Notes under the pieces: generated by a model
What the model was told of the DNA's origin: nothing
The model's database searches: none
Seen by the model: only the letters and a program-made list of their open reading frames with translations
Assembly (NCBI GenBank): GCA_963701025.1
Contig: OY969557.1
Location: forward strand, 36,849 to 100,848
Origin: an uncultured bacterium
Lineage (GTDB): Bacteria > Patescibacteriota > Minisyncoccia > Phycocordibacterales > PALSA-1337
DNA: 64,000 bases
Direction: 5' to 3'
Position numbers and translations under genes: made by a program
Shown here: positions 1 to 10,011 of the stretch, piece after piece
Layout: each line of letters starts with the position of its first letter
Numbering within the stretch: position 1 is the stretch's first letter

Positions 1-483
1 CTTCACCGTGATCTTCTCGATGTTAAGCTTTTCCAATTCCTTGTCGAGGTCGAACTGCTCCTCGGTGCCTTCGTCTTCGAAAATCGAATCGAGCTCCTCG
101 GAATCGAAGCCGATCTGCGAGAGCAGCGTTTCGTCAAAGGTGGCGAGGAGTTCCAAGTCCCAATCGCCTTGGTTCTTGTTGAGCCGGATGCAAAGTTCTT
201 TTTCCTGCTCAAGGTCGGGAAGATTGATGAAGACGACAGGCACTTTCTGGAAGCCCATTTCCTTCAAGATTTTTGCTCGGAAGTTCCCTCCGATGATGAT
301 TCCTTTGCGCTCGGGTGCGCAGTTGACGAGAAGCGGGTCGACCACGCCATACCGCTTGACGCTCTCTTTCAGCTGCGCCGTCGCTTCCTCGTCCCAGACG
401 CGGGGATTGTAGTCCGGCGATCTTAATTCTGATATGGGAACGTACTCGATCTTCAAGTTGCGTTCGGTTTTTGTATCTTGCAT
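1..483 (-). CDS. ParB-like N-terminal domain protein, probably a ParB/DNA methyltransferase fusion of MGE type (runs off the window edge)
   Basis: Manual translation, absent from the ORF track: MQDTKTERNLKIEYVPISELRSPDYNPRVWDEEATAQLKESVKRYGVVDPLLVN...IIGGNFRAKILKEMG...VPVVF...RLNKNQGDWDLELL; typical ParB-N motifs followed by an acidic linker. Confidence 0.75.
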   Translation of the reverse strand, partial: MQDTKTERNLKIEYVPISELRSPDYNPRVWDEEATAQLKESVKRYGVVDPLLVNCAPERKGIIIGGNFRAKILKEMGFQKVPVVFINLPDLEQEKELCIRLNKNQGDWDLELLATFDETLLSQIGFDSEELDSIFEDEGTEEQFDLDKELEKLNIEKITVK

Positions 484-1001
484 ATTACTTTTTCTATTAA
501 CTGATAATGGGTGCAGTATGAGCTGCGATACTGAACAAAAAGTGTGCATTACTTTTCGCCCCACCGAATCATGCAGTACATTTGTTGAAAAACAGGGTGT
601 ACTGCTTTTTACGGCCGTATCTCATGCTACTGGGCATAAAATGAAATTTTACGTTCATTACTTTTGCCGTGTCTCAATGGTATGGCTGAAAAAACTACAA
701 TCGGTGGGTATTGAAAAGCGTAGCGGACCAAAGGCGGTCCGTCCGGTGGTACAAGCTGCTAGAGTACGGATATCGAAATTAGTCCAGTGAAATGTTGCAG
801 AGGGCCTTCTCGTGTCACATTTGTAACATTTTCGCCAAACGGCCCTTGTTTTTCCTCAATCCGCAAAAAAGCCGAGACCTATGCTGAGGCCTCGGCAACG
901 AAGTGGAAAATGAGCTAAAATACCCTTGTGGTGTCTGACCTCAAAAGTTTGAAACCCGACTAGCCCGCAACACGAGTTAGTTCGAGTGTCAAGAGGTAGT
1001 C

Positions 1002-2064
1002 GGTAAATTCTAACCTGAAACGCAACACCCCCGTGGTACTGTAGCGGTATACCATTACCAGCTAAATTACACACGAGGATGTCGCACAAACAATTTAACA
1101 GAGATACTAGAGTAGAGCTAGCGATACTTTTAAGTGCAAGAAAGAGCCAGACTGAATGCGCCAGGATACTTGGCATGCAGAGAAGCAATGTCTGTCTTGA
1201 AATCAGTCGAAACAAAGATCCTGATGGTATATATCGAGGTGGTCATGCGCACAAAAGATATCTGGCAAGAAGAAGACGTGTAAAAATACTAGAGAGAAAG
1301 ATCGAAAACGACAGGAAACTACGGCGTCACATCGTCCGCAAATTGAAGCGATTATGGTCACCCGAACAAATTGCAGGAAGACTGAAAATGATGACCGGAA
1401 GAACGATTGTATGTCACGAAACGATCTACACTTTTGTGTACGAGAAAAGACCGGACCTTGTAAAGTATCTGCGGCATCAGAAGTGCAAGTACCGGAAGAA
1501 AAGAGGTTCAAAAGCCCGTATGGAGCTTGCTAGAGCCATGAAAGTGAGAAGGATCGAGGAAAGACCAAAGGAAGTGGACGAACGCTCACGCCTCGGAGAT
1601 TGGGAAGATGATACTGTCATCGGCAAGGAAAGAGTTCAAAGGATCTGGAGCTGTGTTGAAAGAAAGAGCGGATACGCCATGGCCGAGAAACTTGAGGTGG
1701 TGAGCGCAGAGATCATCAACAAAAAAGCAGTGTCTCGATTCGTAGCGTTGCCAAAATATTTACGAAGGACTCTAACCAGAGACAACGGAACTGAGGTCAG
1801 CGGATATGACAGTTTACTTGAAGAGAAAACCGGACTCGATGTATATCATGCGACCGCGTACCATTCGTGGGAGCGAGGGACAAATGAAAACTGGAATGGA
1901 TTGCTCAGGCAATTCTTTCCTAAAGGCACTTACTTTGCTACCATTACCCCATACCAAGTTCAACGTGCAGTACGAATGTTGAATGACCGGCCGAGAAAGC
2001 GGCTGGGCTACAGAACACCAAGGGAGGTATTCAGAGGGTGTATTGATTCAGATTAGAACTTGAG
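1002..2064 (+). mobile_element. IS30-family insertion sequence
   Basis: Imperfect ~26-bp terminal inverted repeats (GGTAAATTCTAACCTGAAACGCAACA from 1002; TGTATTGATTCAGATTAGAACTTGAG at 2039-2064) resembling IS30 ends, flanking the transposase. Confidence 0.8.
1079..2056 (+). CDS. IS30-family transposase
   Basis: N-terminal HTH, WSPEQI, GDWEDDTV, TLTRDNGTE, WERGTNENWNGLLRQFFPKG, LNDRPRKRLGYRTP. Confidence 0.95.
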   Translation: MSHKQFNRDTRVELAILLSARKSQTECARILGMQRSNVCLEISRNKDPDGIYRGGHAHKRYLARRRRVKILERKIENDRKLRRHIVRKLKRLWSPEQIAGRLKMMTGRTIVCHETIYTFVYEKRPDLVKYLRHQKCKYRKKRGSKARMELARAMKVRRIEERPKEVDERSRLGDWEDDTVIGKERVQRIWSCVERKSGYAMAEKLEVVSAEIINKKAVSRFVALPKYLRRTLTRDNGTEVSGYDSLLEEKTGLDVYHATAYHSWERGTNENWNGLLRQFFPKGTYFATITPYQVQRAVRMLNDRPRKRLGYRTPREVFRGCIDSD

Positions 2065-2125
2065 GTCGAGCACGTGAGGTGCGTGAAAATTTTGAGTATT
2101 CTAGAGTAGGTTATACTTACATAGT

Positions 2126-2971
2126 ATGCAAATATCAAAAGATTTTGAAAGACTAAGTAAAACTGCAGCCCCAGTTGTTTATGGAAGAACATTTTCGGAC
2201 ATTCCGTATAGCAAAGAATTGGCAGAGATCTGTCGTGTTGACTCACTGATAAGCGATTCGTACCGCAAGACCAATCGCCTGATTGCGCCATACATTGAAG
2301 CTCGTTTCAAAGCACTTTCAAATATACTAAGACAAAGCGGTATAAAAAATATCATTGAAATAGGATCGGGACTTTCTCAAAGAGGCCTCATTATGACTAA
2401 AGATAAAACGATTCATTATGTTGAAACAGATCTTCCGGACATGATACGTTACAAAAGAGAAGTTCTTCAGAAATTACTAGATCAGAAAAATAGACATTTT
2501 CCAGAAAATCTACATTTGTATGAATTGAACGCTTTAGACAAAAAAACTTTTAAGGAAATAGTATCAAAATTGCCTCCAGGTCCAGTGGCTATTGGTTGTG
2601 AAGGTTTCTTGGCACACCTTACACGAGGAGAAAGAGCAAAGTCGGCTAAAATTATTAGAGAGATTTTAGATGAACGAGGTGGGATCTGGGTTACTCCTGA
2701 TGTCTTCACCCGCACACAACTTCAAACTTTACTGAGTGGAAAGTCAGAGCGCGAAGTGACTATTGAGGTGACTAAGAGTACAGGTAGGAACTATAATAGC
2801 AATTCGTTTGAAGACGAAGGCAACGCTAGAAAGTTTTTCAGTGATCTAGGATTTAAATACCAAGTTCAAACATTAGGTCGAACAGCGGGAGAACTCAATT
2901 CAATTAAGATCGGTCTCAATGAAGAAAGTGTCAAGAATCAGCTTGCATTGAATATTTTTACGTTGAAATAA
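2126..2971 (+). CDS. Class I SAM-dependent methyltransferase (LCM/O-methyltransferase-like)
   Basis: IIEIGSGLS motif I, YVETDLPDM, GCEGFLAHL; low GC. Confidence 0.75.
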   Translation: MQISKDFERLSKTAAPVVYGRTFSDIPYSKELAEICRVDSLISDSYRKTNRLIAPYIEARFKALSNILRQSGIKNIIEIGSGLSQRGLIMTKDKTIHYVETDLPDMIRYKREVLQKLLDQKNRHFPENLHLYELNALDKKTFKEIVSKLPPGPVAIGCEGFLAHLTRGERAKSAKIIREILDERGGIWVTPDVFTRTQLQTLLSGKSEREVTIEVTKSTGRNYNSNSFEDEGNARKFFSDLGFKYQVQTLGRTAGELNSIKIGLNEESVKNQLALNIFTLK

Positions 2972-2975
2972 GTTT

Positions 2976-3575
2976 TCACTTCGTCGCTCTCGCCGAAGAG
3001 CGGCCTTTTGAATTCGACAACGGAAGCCACATCCCGCATGACTTCGCGTTTTCTTTCATCATCCACTTTATGCCGGGAAAACAGCACAGCCGTCGCTTGC
3101 CGGATGCGAGCATGTCGCATGCTTTCTCGATCCGGCGCGTGCGTGTTTCCGCCTGCTTGGCCGAGCATATCGAGAATATCCAGTCCCGCCGGGCCAATGG
3201 CGTGATATCTGCCCACGAATGTTTCGCCGAGGAGGTTTTCGCAAGGGCTGTGCGCAGATCAGATGGTACTCTGGTCTCCGGTTCGTTTCCCACTCGCGTG
3301 ATCTCCGCTTTTACCGTGTCTCCGGCGTCTATGCCCATAGCTTCACGCATGGCGCCGCTGACTTTGAGCCGATGGCTTCCTGTGCCGCTCCGCTCGAGAG
3401 CGGCTCGAAAAGGGAAGTTATTCAGCATTCCCTCGATCATCACGTCCTTTCCCGGGAGCTTCGCGCTCGCGCTCTTGGGCAAAGTCAGAAAGCGTTGAGA
3501 CAATGCGGCGCTAAAGCGGATCGTCGGTTTGGTTTTGTGCGGCGTAGTAGATTTCATATATTGGTATACTAGCAA
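2976..3575 (-). CDS. YdeI/OmpD-associated family protein (DUF1905)
   Basis: VPSDLRTAL...WADITPLARRDWIFSICSAKQAETRTRRIEKACDML. Confidence 0.85.
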   Translation of the reverse strand: MLVYQYMKSTTPHKTKPTIRFSAALSQRFLTLPKSASAKLPGKDVMIEGMLNNFPFRAALERSGTGSHRLKVSGAMREAMGIDAGDTVKAEITRVGNEPETRVPSDLRTALAKTSSAKHSWADITPLARRDWIFSICSAKQAETRTRRIEKACDMLASGKRRLCCFPGIKWMMKENAKSCGMWLPLSNSKGRSSARATK

Positions 3576-3626
3576 ATAAAACGATTTTCCAACATTGTGA
3601 TATCATAAAACCATTCGTTTGTTCCC

Positions 3627-4790
3627 ATGTCCCACCCTATCATCGCCATCAGGAATTCCGTTGTGAGCGGCGTATACCGCGGCGTCTTCAGGCCAATCCT
3701 ATTCAGGTTCGACCCGGAGAATGTCCATGACCGGTTCATCTGGATGGGCGCGGTGCTGGGCGCGACTGCTTTCGGTCGGGCATTCATGCGCGGGCTCTTC
3801 GGCTACAAAGACGCCATGCTCGAACAGGATATCCTCGGCATTCATTTCGATAATCCGATCGGCCTGGCCGCGGGCTTCGACAAGGATGCCGAGCTCACGC
3901 GGACATTGCCGTCGATCGGCTTCGGCTTCATGGAAGTCGGATCGATCACGGGCAAGGCGTGCGCGGGCAATCCGAAGCCGCGTCTCTGGCGCCTGCCACG
4001 GTCGCGCGGACTCGTCGTCCATTACGGTCTGAAGAACCAGGGATGCGAGGCCGTGAGCACGCGACTCGCGAGAGAGCTCGAAGAAAAATCTTTTTCCATC
4101 CCGGTCGGCATATCCGTGGCCATGACCAATTGCGCGGAGAATATGGATATCGACAATGCCATCCGCGACTACGAACATGCCTTTCGTATGATGGAGCCGA
4201 TAGGGGATTACATGACGGTTAACATAAGTTGCCCGAATGCCGTCTCCGGTCAGCCATTCCTTCTTCCAGACAATATCGACCGCCTGTTCCGGACGCTTGA
4301 CGTCATTCCCACGGCCAAGCCAATCTTCGTCAAAATGTCGCCGGATCTCTCTACAAGCGAAACAGACGCCATCCTCGCCGTCTTAGAGAAGCATCGCGTC
4401 CACGGCATCATCACTTCGAACCTGACCAAGAGGCGCGACAATCCGCGTATCATCGATCCCGCTGTGCCGGAGAGGGGCGGCATGAGCGGCAAAGTGGCCG
4501 AGGAATCGTCGGACCGGATGCTCGAGCATATATATAGAAGACAGATGTCCCGGAAGACTGATGGCGCGGTCAACAAGGACTTCATCCTCATCGGTTGCGG
4601 TGGGGTATTCTCGGCCGAAGACGCTTATCGTAAGATCCGCCTTGGCGCCTCGCTAATCCAGATGATAACAGGCATGATATTCGAAGGCCCGCAGGTCATA
4701 AGCGAGATCAATCGCGGCTTAGGCAGGTTGCTCGCCCGCGACGGCTTCACCCATATAAGCCAAGCTATAGGGGCCGATATCCGTTGGTAG
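3627..4790 (+). CDS. pyrD: Dihydroorotate dehydrogenase, quinone (class 2)-like
   Basis: FDPENVH, NPIGLAAGFDKD, GNPKPRLWRL, NISCPN, VKMSPD, GGMSG, GCGGVFS. Confidence 0.92.
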   Translation: MSHPIIAIRNSVVSGVYRGVFRPILFRFDPENVHDRFIWMGAVLGATAFGRAFMRGLFGYKDAMLEQDILGIHFDNPIGLAAGFDKDAELTRTLPSIGFGFMEVGSITGKACAGNPKPRLWRLPRSRGLVVHYGLKNQGCEAVSTRLARELEEKSFSIPVGISVAMTNCAENMDIDNAIRDYEHAFRMMEPIGDYMTVNISCPNAVSGQPFLLPDNIDRLFRTLDVIPTAKPIFVKMSPDLSTSETDAILAVLEKHRVHGIITSNLTKRRDNPRIIDPAVPERGGMSGKVAEESSDRMLEHIYRRQMSRKTDGAVNKDFILIGCGGVFSAEDAYRKIRLGASLIQMITGMIFEGPQVISEINRGLGRLLARDGFTHISQAIGADIRW

Positions 4791-4812
4791 GGATATCTGT
4801 TAGAATAAGGAA

Positions 4813-5817
4813 ATGGAAAATAGAACGGCTATTCCGAGCGGCACGCCCAAAAAGGTCTTCATCACCCGACTCATCCCAGAGATAGGATTGAAAATGTTGC
4901 GCGACAAGGGATACGCAGTCGACGTGCGCGCCGAAGATTCCATGCCCACAGCCCGCGAGCTCGTTCGTGCCCTAAAAGCGAAGCCGTACGATGCAGTTGT
5001 CTCGTCATGGCCGGAACCTATCGGCGCCGAGACTTTCGACATGTTCCCGTCGGTCCGGATATTCGCCAACTTCACCATCGGCTATGACAACATCGATATC
5101 GCCGAAGCCAAGAAGCGAGGGATCACGGTGACCAACGCGCCGGCAGTGTCGGCCACCGAAGCAGTCGCCGAGCACGCCATCGCTCTCATGCTGGCTTTGG
5201 CCGCCCGTATCGTCGAAGCCGACGAATTTATCCGTCGTGGAAAATATAAAGGCTGGTCTGCTATGGGTTTCATCGGAACCGATGTCCTCGGCAAGACGCT
5301 CGGTCTCATCGGCGCCGGCAGGATCGGCGAACGAGTGGCGCACTACGCGAGCGGCCTCGGCATGAAAATCATATATACCGATGTCGTCAGGAACGAACGC
5401 ATGGAGAAAGAGTGCGGCGCGATCTATTTCGATACTCCGGAAGAAGTCCTCCGTCAAGCAGATAGCGTCAGCCTTCACGTGCCGCTCCTTGACTCGACTA
5501 GGCATCTTGTCAATGCTGAGCGCCTTCGGCTGATGAAGCCGACGGCATTCCTCGTGAACACTTCTCGCGGTCCGGTCATCGATGAGACAGCCCTCGTGGC
5601 CGCTCTCAAGGAAAGAGTAATCGCCGGCGCGGGCTTAGACGTCTTTGAGTTCGAACCGAAGCTCGCTCCCGGACTGGTCAAATTACAGAACGTCATCCTC
5701 ACCCCTCACATCGCTTCCGCCAGCGACGCCGCCCGGGACGAAATGTCGCGGCTCGTCGCCGATAACATCATCGACTTCTTCGAAGGCCGCATGCCAAAGA
5801 ATGTTGTGAATGGATGA
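4813..5817 (+). CDS. D-glycerate dehydrogenase / glyoxylate reductase (D-2-hydroxyacid dehydrogenase)
   Basis: GYDNID, GLIGAGRIG, NTSRGPVIDE, GLDVFEFEP, LTPHIAS. Confidence 0.92.
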   Translation: MENRTAIPSGTPKKVFITRLIPEIGLKMLRDKGYAVDVRAEDSMPTARELVRALKAKPYDAVVSSWPEPIGAETFDMFPSVRIFANFTIGYDNIDIAEAKKRGITVTNAPAVSATEAVAEHAIALMLALAARIVEADEFIRRGKYKGWSAMGFIGTDVLGKTLGLIGAGRIGERVAHYASGLGMKIIYTDVVRNERMEKECGAIYFDTPEEVLRQADSVSLHVPLLDSTRHLVNAERLRLMKPTAFLVNTSRGPVIDETALVAALKERVIAGAGLDVFEFEPKLAPGLVKLQNVILTPHIASASDAARDEMSRLVADNIIDFFEGRMPKNVVNG

Positions 5818-5880
5818 TTGATCTTCCTCTTCCTCCATTCTTTTATACCTTTATACATTTATACTTTTATACTATATTCC

Positions 5881-6696
5881 ATGTTCCGCTCCCGTGCACA
5901 GATCATCGCCACTCTCGGCCCGTCGTCGAATGACGTGAAGACCATCCTGGCCATGGCCCAGAAGGGCATGGACGTGGCCAGGCTGAATTTCTCGTGGGGC
6001 ACTTTCGCCGAACGCGCTCAACAGATCGCCTGGGTCAGGGAAGCCGAAAAAGCCCTCAATATAAGCCTCTATATCATGGCCGATCTTCCCGGACCTCGTG
6101 TCCAAAATGGCGCGGAACACAGCTATGATCACGCCGAAACATCGTCTCTCACCGCGCATGACAGGGAATGCATAGCTTTTGGCGTTGAAAATGGCGTCGA
6201 TTGCTTCGCCATGTCTTTCGTCGGTTCCGCCGCCGATGTCGAGTCCTGCAGGGCGGCCATCCGCGAGCGTGGCGGCACGCAGGCCGTCGTCGCCAAGATA
6301 GAAAGATCCGCCGCGGTCGAGCACATGAAAGAGATTATCACAGCGGCGGATGCCGTCATGGTCGCCCGCGGAGACCTCGGCCTCGAAGTTCCGGTCGAGC
6401 GCATACCGTTCGTCCAGGCCGATATCATCCGCGCGGCCAACGCTTCCGGCAAACCGGTCATCACCGCGACCGGCATGATGATGTCCATGATCGATTCTCC
6501 GGAGCCGACTCGCGCCGAAGTGTCCGACATCTCCGACGCCATCACCGAAGGTTCCGACGCCGTCATGCTCTCCGACGAAACGGCGAGAGGCAAGTATCCC
6601 GTCGAAGCTGTCGCCATGATGGAGAAGATCGTCTCCGAAGCCGAGAGGCACGCTGACGGCAGTCGAGTCTTCAATCTCCTCGAGAAGCGCCGATGA
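5881..6696 (+). CDS. pyk: Pyruvate kinase, minimal form lacking the B and C domains
   Basis: IIATLGPSS, ARLNFS, AKIE, VMVARGDLGLE, PTRAEVSD, DAVMLSDETARGKYP. Confidence 0.9.
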   Translation: MFRSRAQIIATLGPSSNDVKTILAMAQKGMDVARLNFSWGTFAERAQQIAWVREAEKALNISLYIMADLPGPRVQNGAEHSYDHAETSSLTAHDRECIAFGVENGVDCFAMSFVGSAADVESCRAAIRERGGTQAVVAKIERSAAVEHMKEIITAADAVMVARGDLGLEVPVERIPFVQADIIRAANASGKPVITATGMMMSMIDSPEPTRAEVSDISDAITEGSDAVMLSDETARGKYPVEAVAMMEKIVSEAERHADGSRVFNLLEKRR

Positions 6697-7286
6697 ATCG
6701 ATTCACTATCCAACTCATCGCCTTCGCCGCCGGTTGCGTCATACTTTTCGTCATTGCAAAAAATCTCATCGCTGATCACCAAGTCCCTTCTCTGTCCGAT
6801 CTCATCGCCAGCTCGACTGCACTCTCGGCAAGTTCGACGGCAAGCCTGATCTCATCTCTAGCGAGCTCGACTGTGCCGACGGCAAGCTCGACCGTGGAGA
6901 TAGCGAACGCGACATCGTCAGCGCTTCTTACTCCTCTCTATGCGCCGCGGGGCACTGTTCACGCCATGATCGCCGACACGGACGCCTCCCGCGAGCAGGG
7001 ATTGAGCGGTCATGCTCCGCTTCCGGCGAATGCCGGCATGCTTTTCGTCTTTGATACGCCCGGTCAATACGGCTTTTGGATGAAGGACATGAATTTTTCT
7101 CTGGATATGGTCTGGATTAACGCTGACAAGACCGTCGCTGGCGTGACCAAGGACCTCTCACCCGACACATACCCGTCTATTTTCATGCCGCCGAACCCGA
7201 TCCAGTACGTCCTGGAGATCGATGCCGGTTCCGCGGACTCTCTCGGCCTCGTTCCTGGAGCATCCGTGCGGTTCAATTTGCCGTAG
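6693..7286 (+). CDS. DUF192 domain protein with N-terminal membrane anchor
   Basis: ADTDASREQGLS, GMLFVF, FWMKDMNFSLDMVWI, YVLEIDAG. Confidence 0.88.
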   Translation: MNRFTIQLIAFAAGCVILFVIAKNLIADHQVPSLSDLIASSTALSASSTASLISSLASSTVPTASSTVEIANATSSALLTPLYAPRGTVHAMIADTDASREQGLSGHAPLPANAGMLFVFDTPGQYGFWMKDMNFSLDMVWINADKTVAGVTKDLSPDTYPSIFMPPNPIQYVLEIDAGSADSLGLVPGASVRFNLP

Positions 7287-7587
7287 AAGATATTTTAAAT
7301 AATTTCCCACCGGAAAAACTCCCAGTGGGAGATTTTTATCGGAAGGGAAGCGATTCTGTGGATAACTCGGTATCTCTTCCGAAAAAAGTTGCGTAATTTT
7401 GTCCCCGACGCGGAAAATTTTTCGCTGCCGCTGGCTCCAATCCCTTGAAAGCTCCTTTCATTACGCCAACGCCTCTTCACAGGCGATGATTTTGCATTTG
7501 AAATGAGTCTTTTGGCGCGATATGCCGCGCAAGTCCTCCATATCTCTTCCCATGTCGTCGGACCTGCGCTACAATTGAGAGCATATC

Positions 7588-9933
7588 ATGCCACAGAAAA
7601 AGAAAAACGCACCGGCTCCGTCCATATCTGCCGTCAAGCAGGCGAAAGCGCCGACTATACCGACGATCGTCAAGAGAGACGGGCGGATCGTGCCGTTCGA
7701 CCTTGAAAAGATCACCAATGCCATCTGGAAGGGCATGAATACCATGCATGAGGGCTCGCTGGAAGAGGCCCGCATGGTCGCGAATCAGGTTCTGGCCGAG
7801 CTTTTCCGCGTCAAGAAGAAATTCAAGAACTTCCTGCCGACCGTCGAGGGCGTCCAGGACACGGTCGAACAGGAATTGATGCGCTCCGACTACGTCAAGA
7901 CCGCCAAACACTACGTCCTCTACCGCGAGGAGCGCTCCAAGATCCGCGCCCAAGGACTGGAAGTGCCGGAGCACGTGCGCAAGCTTGCCACCGATTCAAA
8001 AAAATATTTTAGGAACGCTCTTGGCGAGTTCGTCTACTATCGGACTTATTCCCGCTGGATCGACAAAGAGTCCCGCCGCGAGACTTGGATCGAGACAGTC
8101 GACCGTTACATGGGGTTCATGCGCGAGAACCTCGGCAACAAGATGAAAGAGGCCGAGTACAAGGAGATCCGCGAATACATTTTGAATCAAGAGGCCATCC
8201 CTTCGATGCGCTTGTTGCAGTTCGCCGGTCCCGCTGCGCGGAGAACGAATGTCTGCGGCTATAATTGCGCGTACATCGCTCCGGAATCTTTTCAAGACTT
8301 GTCGGAGATCATGTACGTATCCATGAACGGCACCGGCATAGGTTTCTCGGCCGAGTCCGCCAACGTCCAAAAATTCCCCCAGATACTCATGCAGACCGGA
8401 GAAAAGCTTCCGACTCACGTCGTCGCCGATTCCAAGGAGGGCTGGTGCCAGGCATTCGTCGCTGGCGCCACCGCCTGGGCCTCTGGCAAAGACGTCGATT
8501 TTGATTTCTCATTGGTCCGGCCGCTTGGGGCGCGCTTGAAGACTGGCGGCGGCAAGGCTTCCGGGCCAGCGCCTCTCGAGCGCCTTTTAGCTTTCACACG
8601 CCAGATCATGTTCGACCGACAAGGCAGGCGCATGCGCAACATAGACGTGCATGACATCATTTGCATGATGGGAGAATGCATAGTAGCCGGCGGCGTCAGG
8701 AGGAGCGCCCTTATTTCCTTGTCGGACCTGGATGATCCGGAGATCCGTGACGCCAAGAAAGGCGCTTTCTATATGACCCACCCGCACCGTTCTTTGGCTA
8801 ATAATTCGGCCGTATACGTCAGCAAACCGACGAACGAGGAATTCCTGAAAGAATGGATGGCCCTTATAGAGAGCCGTTCCGGCGAGCGGGGCATATTCAA
8901 TCGCGGTTCATTGGCCACGACCCTGCCGTCGCGCCGCATCAAGGCCTTGAAGGGATACAAGGGCTATTTCGATTCATCAGGACAGCACATCATCGGCTTG
9001 ATCGGCGTCAATCCATGCGGCGAGATCATCCTCCAGTCCAAGCAGTTCTGCAATCTGTCGGAAGTCGTCGCCCGCGCGGACGACACCTTCGCCACTCTCA
9101 TGAAGAAAGTCCGCATCGCCGCCATCCTCGGCACTTATCAGTCGATGCTGACCCATTTCGAATACTTGTCTAAAGAATGGAAAGAACATTGCGAGAAGGA
9201 ACGGCTGCTCGGCGTCTCCATCACAGGTCAGTGGGACTGTCCGGCCGTGCAAAAGCCAGAGGTCATGAGGAAGCTTCGCGACGAGGCTATCAAAGTGAAC
9301 AAGGAATATGCCAGACGTTTCGGCATCAGCGAATCGACCGCCGTGACCTGCGTCAAGCCTTCCGGCAACGGTTCCCAGACCTTCGACTGTTCGTCCGGCA
9401 TGCATCCGCGCCACGCCAAATATTATATCCGCCGCGCCCGTATCGCTTCGACGGACTCTCTGTTCAAGATGCTTCGGGATCAGGGCGTGCCGTATCACCC
9501 GGAGGTCGGACAGACTATGGAGAACGCGACTACGTTCGTCCTAGAATTCCCGGTCAAGGCTCCCCAGGGAACTACGAGGTTCAAGAATGATCTCACGGCC
9601 ATCGAGCAGTTGGAATATTGGAAGATGGTCAAAGTCAATTTCACCGAGCATAATCCGTCAGTGACCATATCCGTCGGCAACGACGAGTGGATCGCCGTGG
9701 CCGACTGGGTCTATGAGAACTGGGACATCGTCGGCGGCCTGTCGTTCCTGCCGCGCGAGGACCACGTCTATCAGCTGGCTCCATACGAGGCCATCGACGA
9801 GAAGCGTTATAAAGAGCTCTCCAAGCGCCTGGAGCACATCGACTATTCCAAGATCATCACCTATGAAAAGCAGAACGAGACCGATCTCAAGAAAGAGCTG
9901 GCATGCGTGGCTGGGGTTTGTGAGGTCGTGTAG
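7588..9933 (+). CDS. nrdJ: Class II adenosylcobalamin-dependent ribonucleotide reductase with ATP cone
   Basis: IVKRDG ATP cone, GYNCAY, GGVRRSALI, GVNPCGEI, FCNLSEV, TCVKPSG, C-terminal ACVAGVCEV. Confidence 0.92.
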   Translation: MPQKKKNAPAPSISAVKQAKAPTIPTIVKRDGRIVPFDLEKITNAIWKGMNTMHEGSLEEARMVANQVLAELFRVKKKFKNFLPTVEGVQDTVEQELMRSDYVKTAKHYVLYREERSKIRAQGLEVPEHVRKLATDSKKYFRNALGEFVYYRTYSRWIDKESRRETWIETVDRYMGFMRENLGNKMKEAEYKEIREYILNQEAIPSMRLLQFAGPAARRTNVCGYNCAYIAPESFQDLSEIMYVSMNGTGIGFSAESANVQKFPQILMQTGEKLPTHVVADSKEGWCQAFVAGATAWASGKDVDFDFSLVRPLGARLKTGGGKASGPAPLERLLAFTRQIMFDRQGRRMRNIDVHDIICMMGECIVAGGVRRSALISLSDLDDPEIRDAKKGAFYMTHPHRSLANNSAVYVSKPTNEEFLKEWMALIESRSGERGIFNRGSLATTLPSRRIKALKGYKGYFDSSGQHIIGLIGVNPCGEIILQSKQFCNLSEVVARADDTFATLMKKVRIAAILGTYQSMLTHFEYLSKEWKEHCEKERLLGVSITGQWDCPAVQKPEVMRKLRDEAIKVNKEYARRFGISESTAVTCVKPSGNGSQTFDCSSGMHPRHAKYYIRRARIASTDSLFKMLRDQGVPYHPEVGQTMENATTFVLEFPVKAPQGTTRFKNDLTAIEQLEYWKMVKVNFTEHNPSVTISVGNDEWIAVADWVYENWDIVGGLSFLPREDHVYQLAPYEAIDEKRYKELSKRLEHIDYSKIITYEKQNETDLKKELACVAGVCEVV

Positions 9934-9980
9934 GGAAATCCGAATCTACGAATAGCATCCGAATGCTACGAATGGCGAAT

Positions 9981-10011
9981 AAAAAGCGAGCCTTGAATGG
10001 GCTCGTTTTTT
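9981..10011 (+). terminator. Intrinsic terminator after nrdJ
   Basis: AAAAAG-CGAGCC-ttgaatg-GGCTCG-TTTTTT. Confidence 0.7.

Noticed and set aside
434-1001. 118-aa and 119-aa ORFs near the window start
   Set aside because: They overlap the ParB-like gene or IS30, lack motifs and look non-coding
7290-7587. NrdR boxes or cobalamin riboswitch upstream of nrdJ
   Set aside because: No convincing match; only an imperfect TCCCAC...GTGGGA palindrome near 7306-7331
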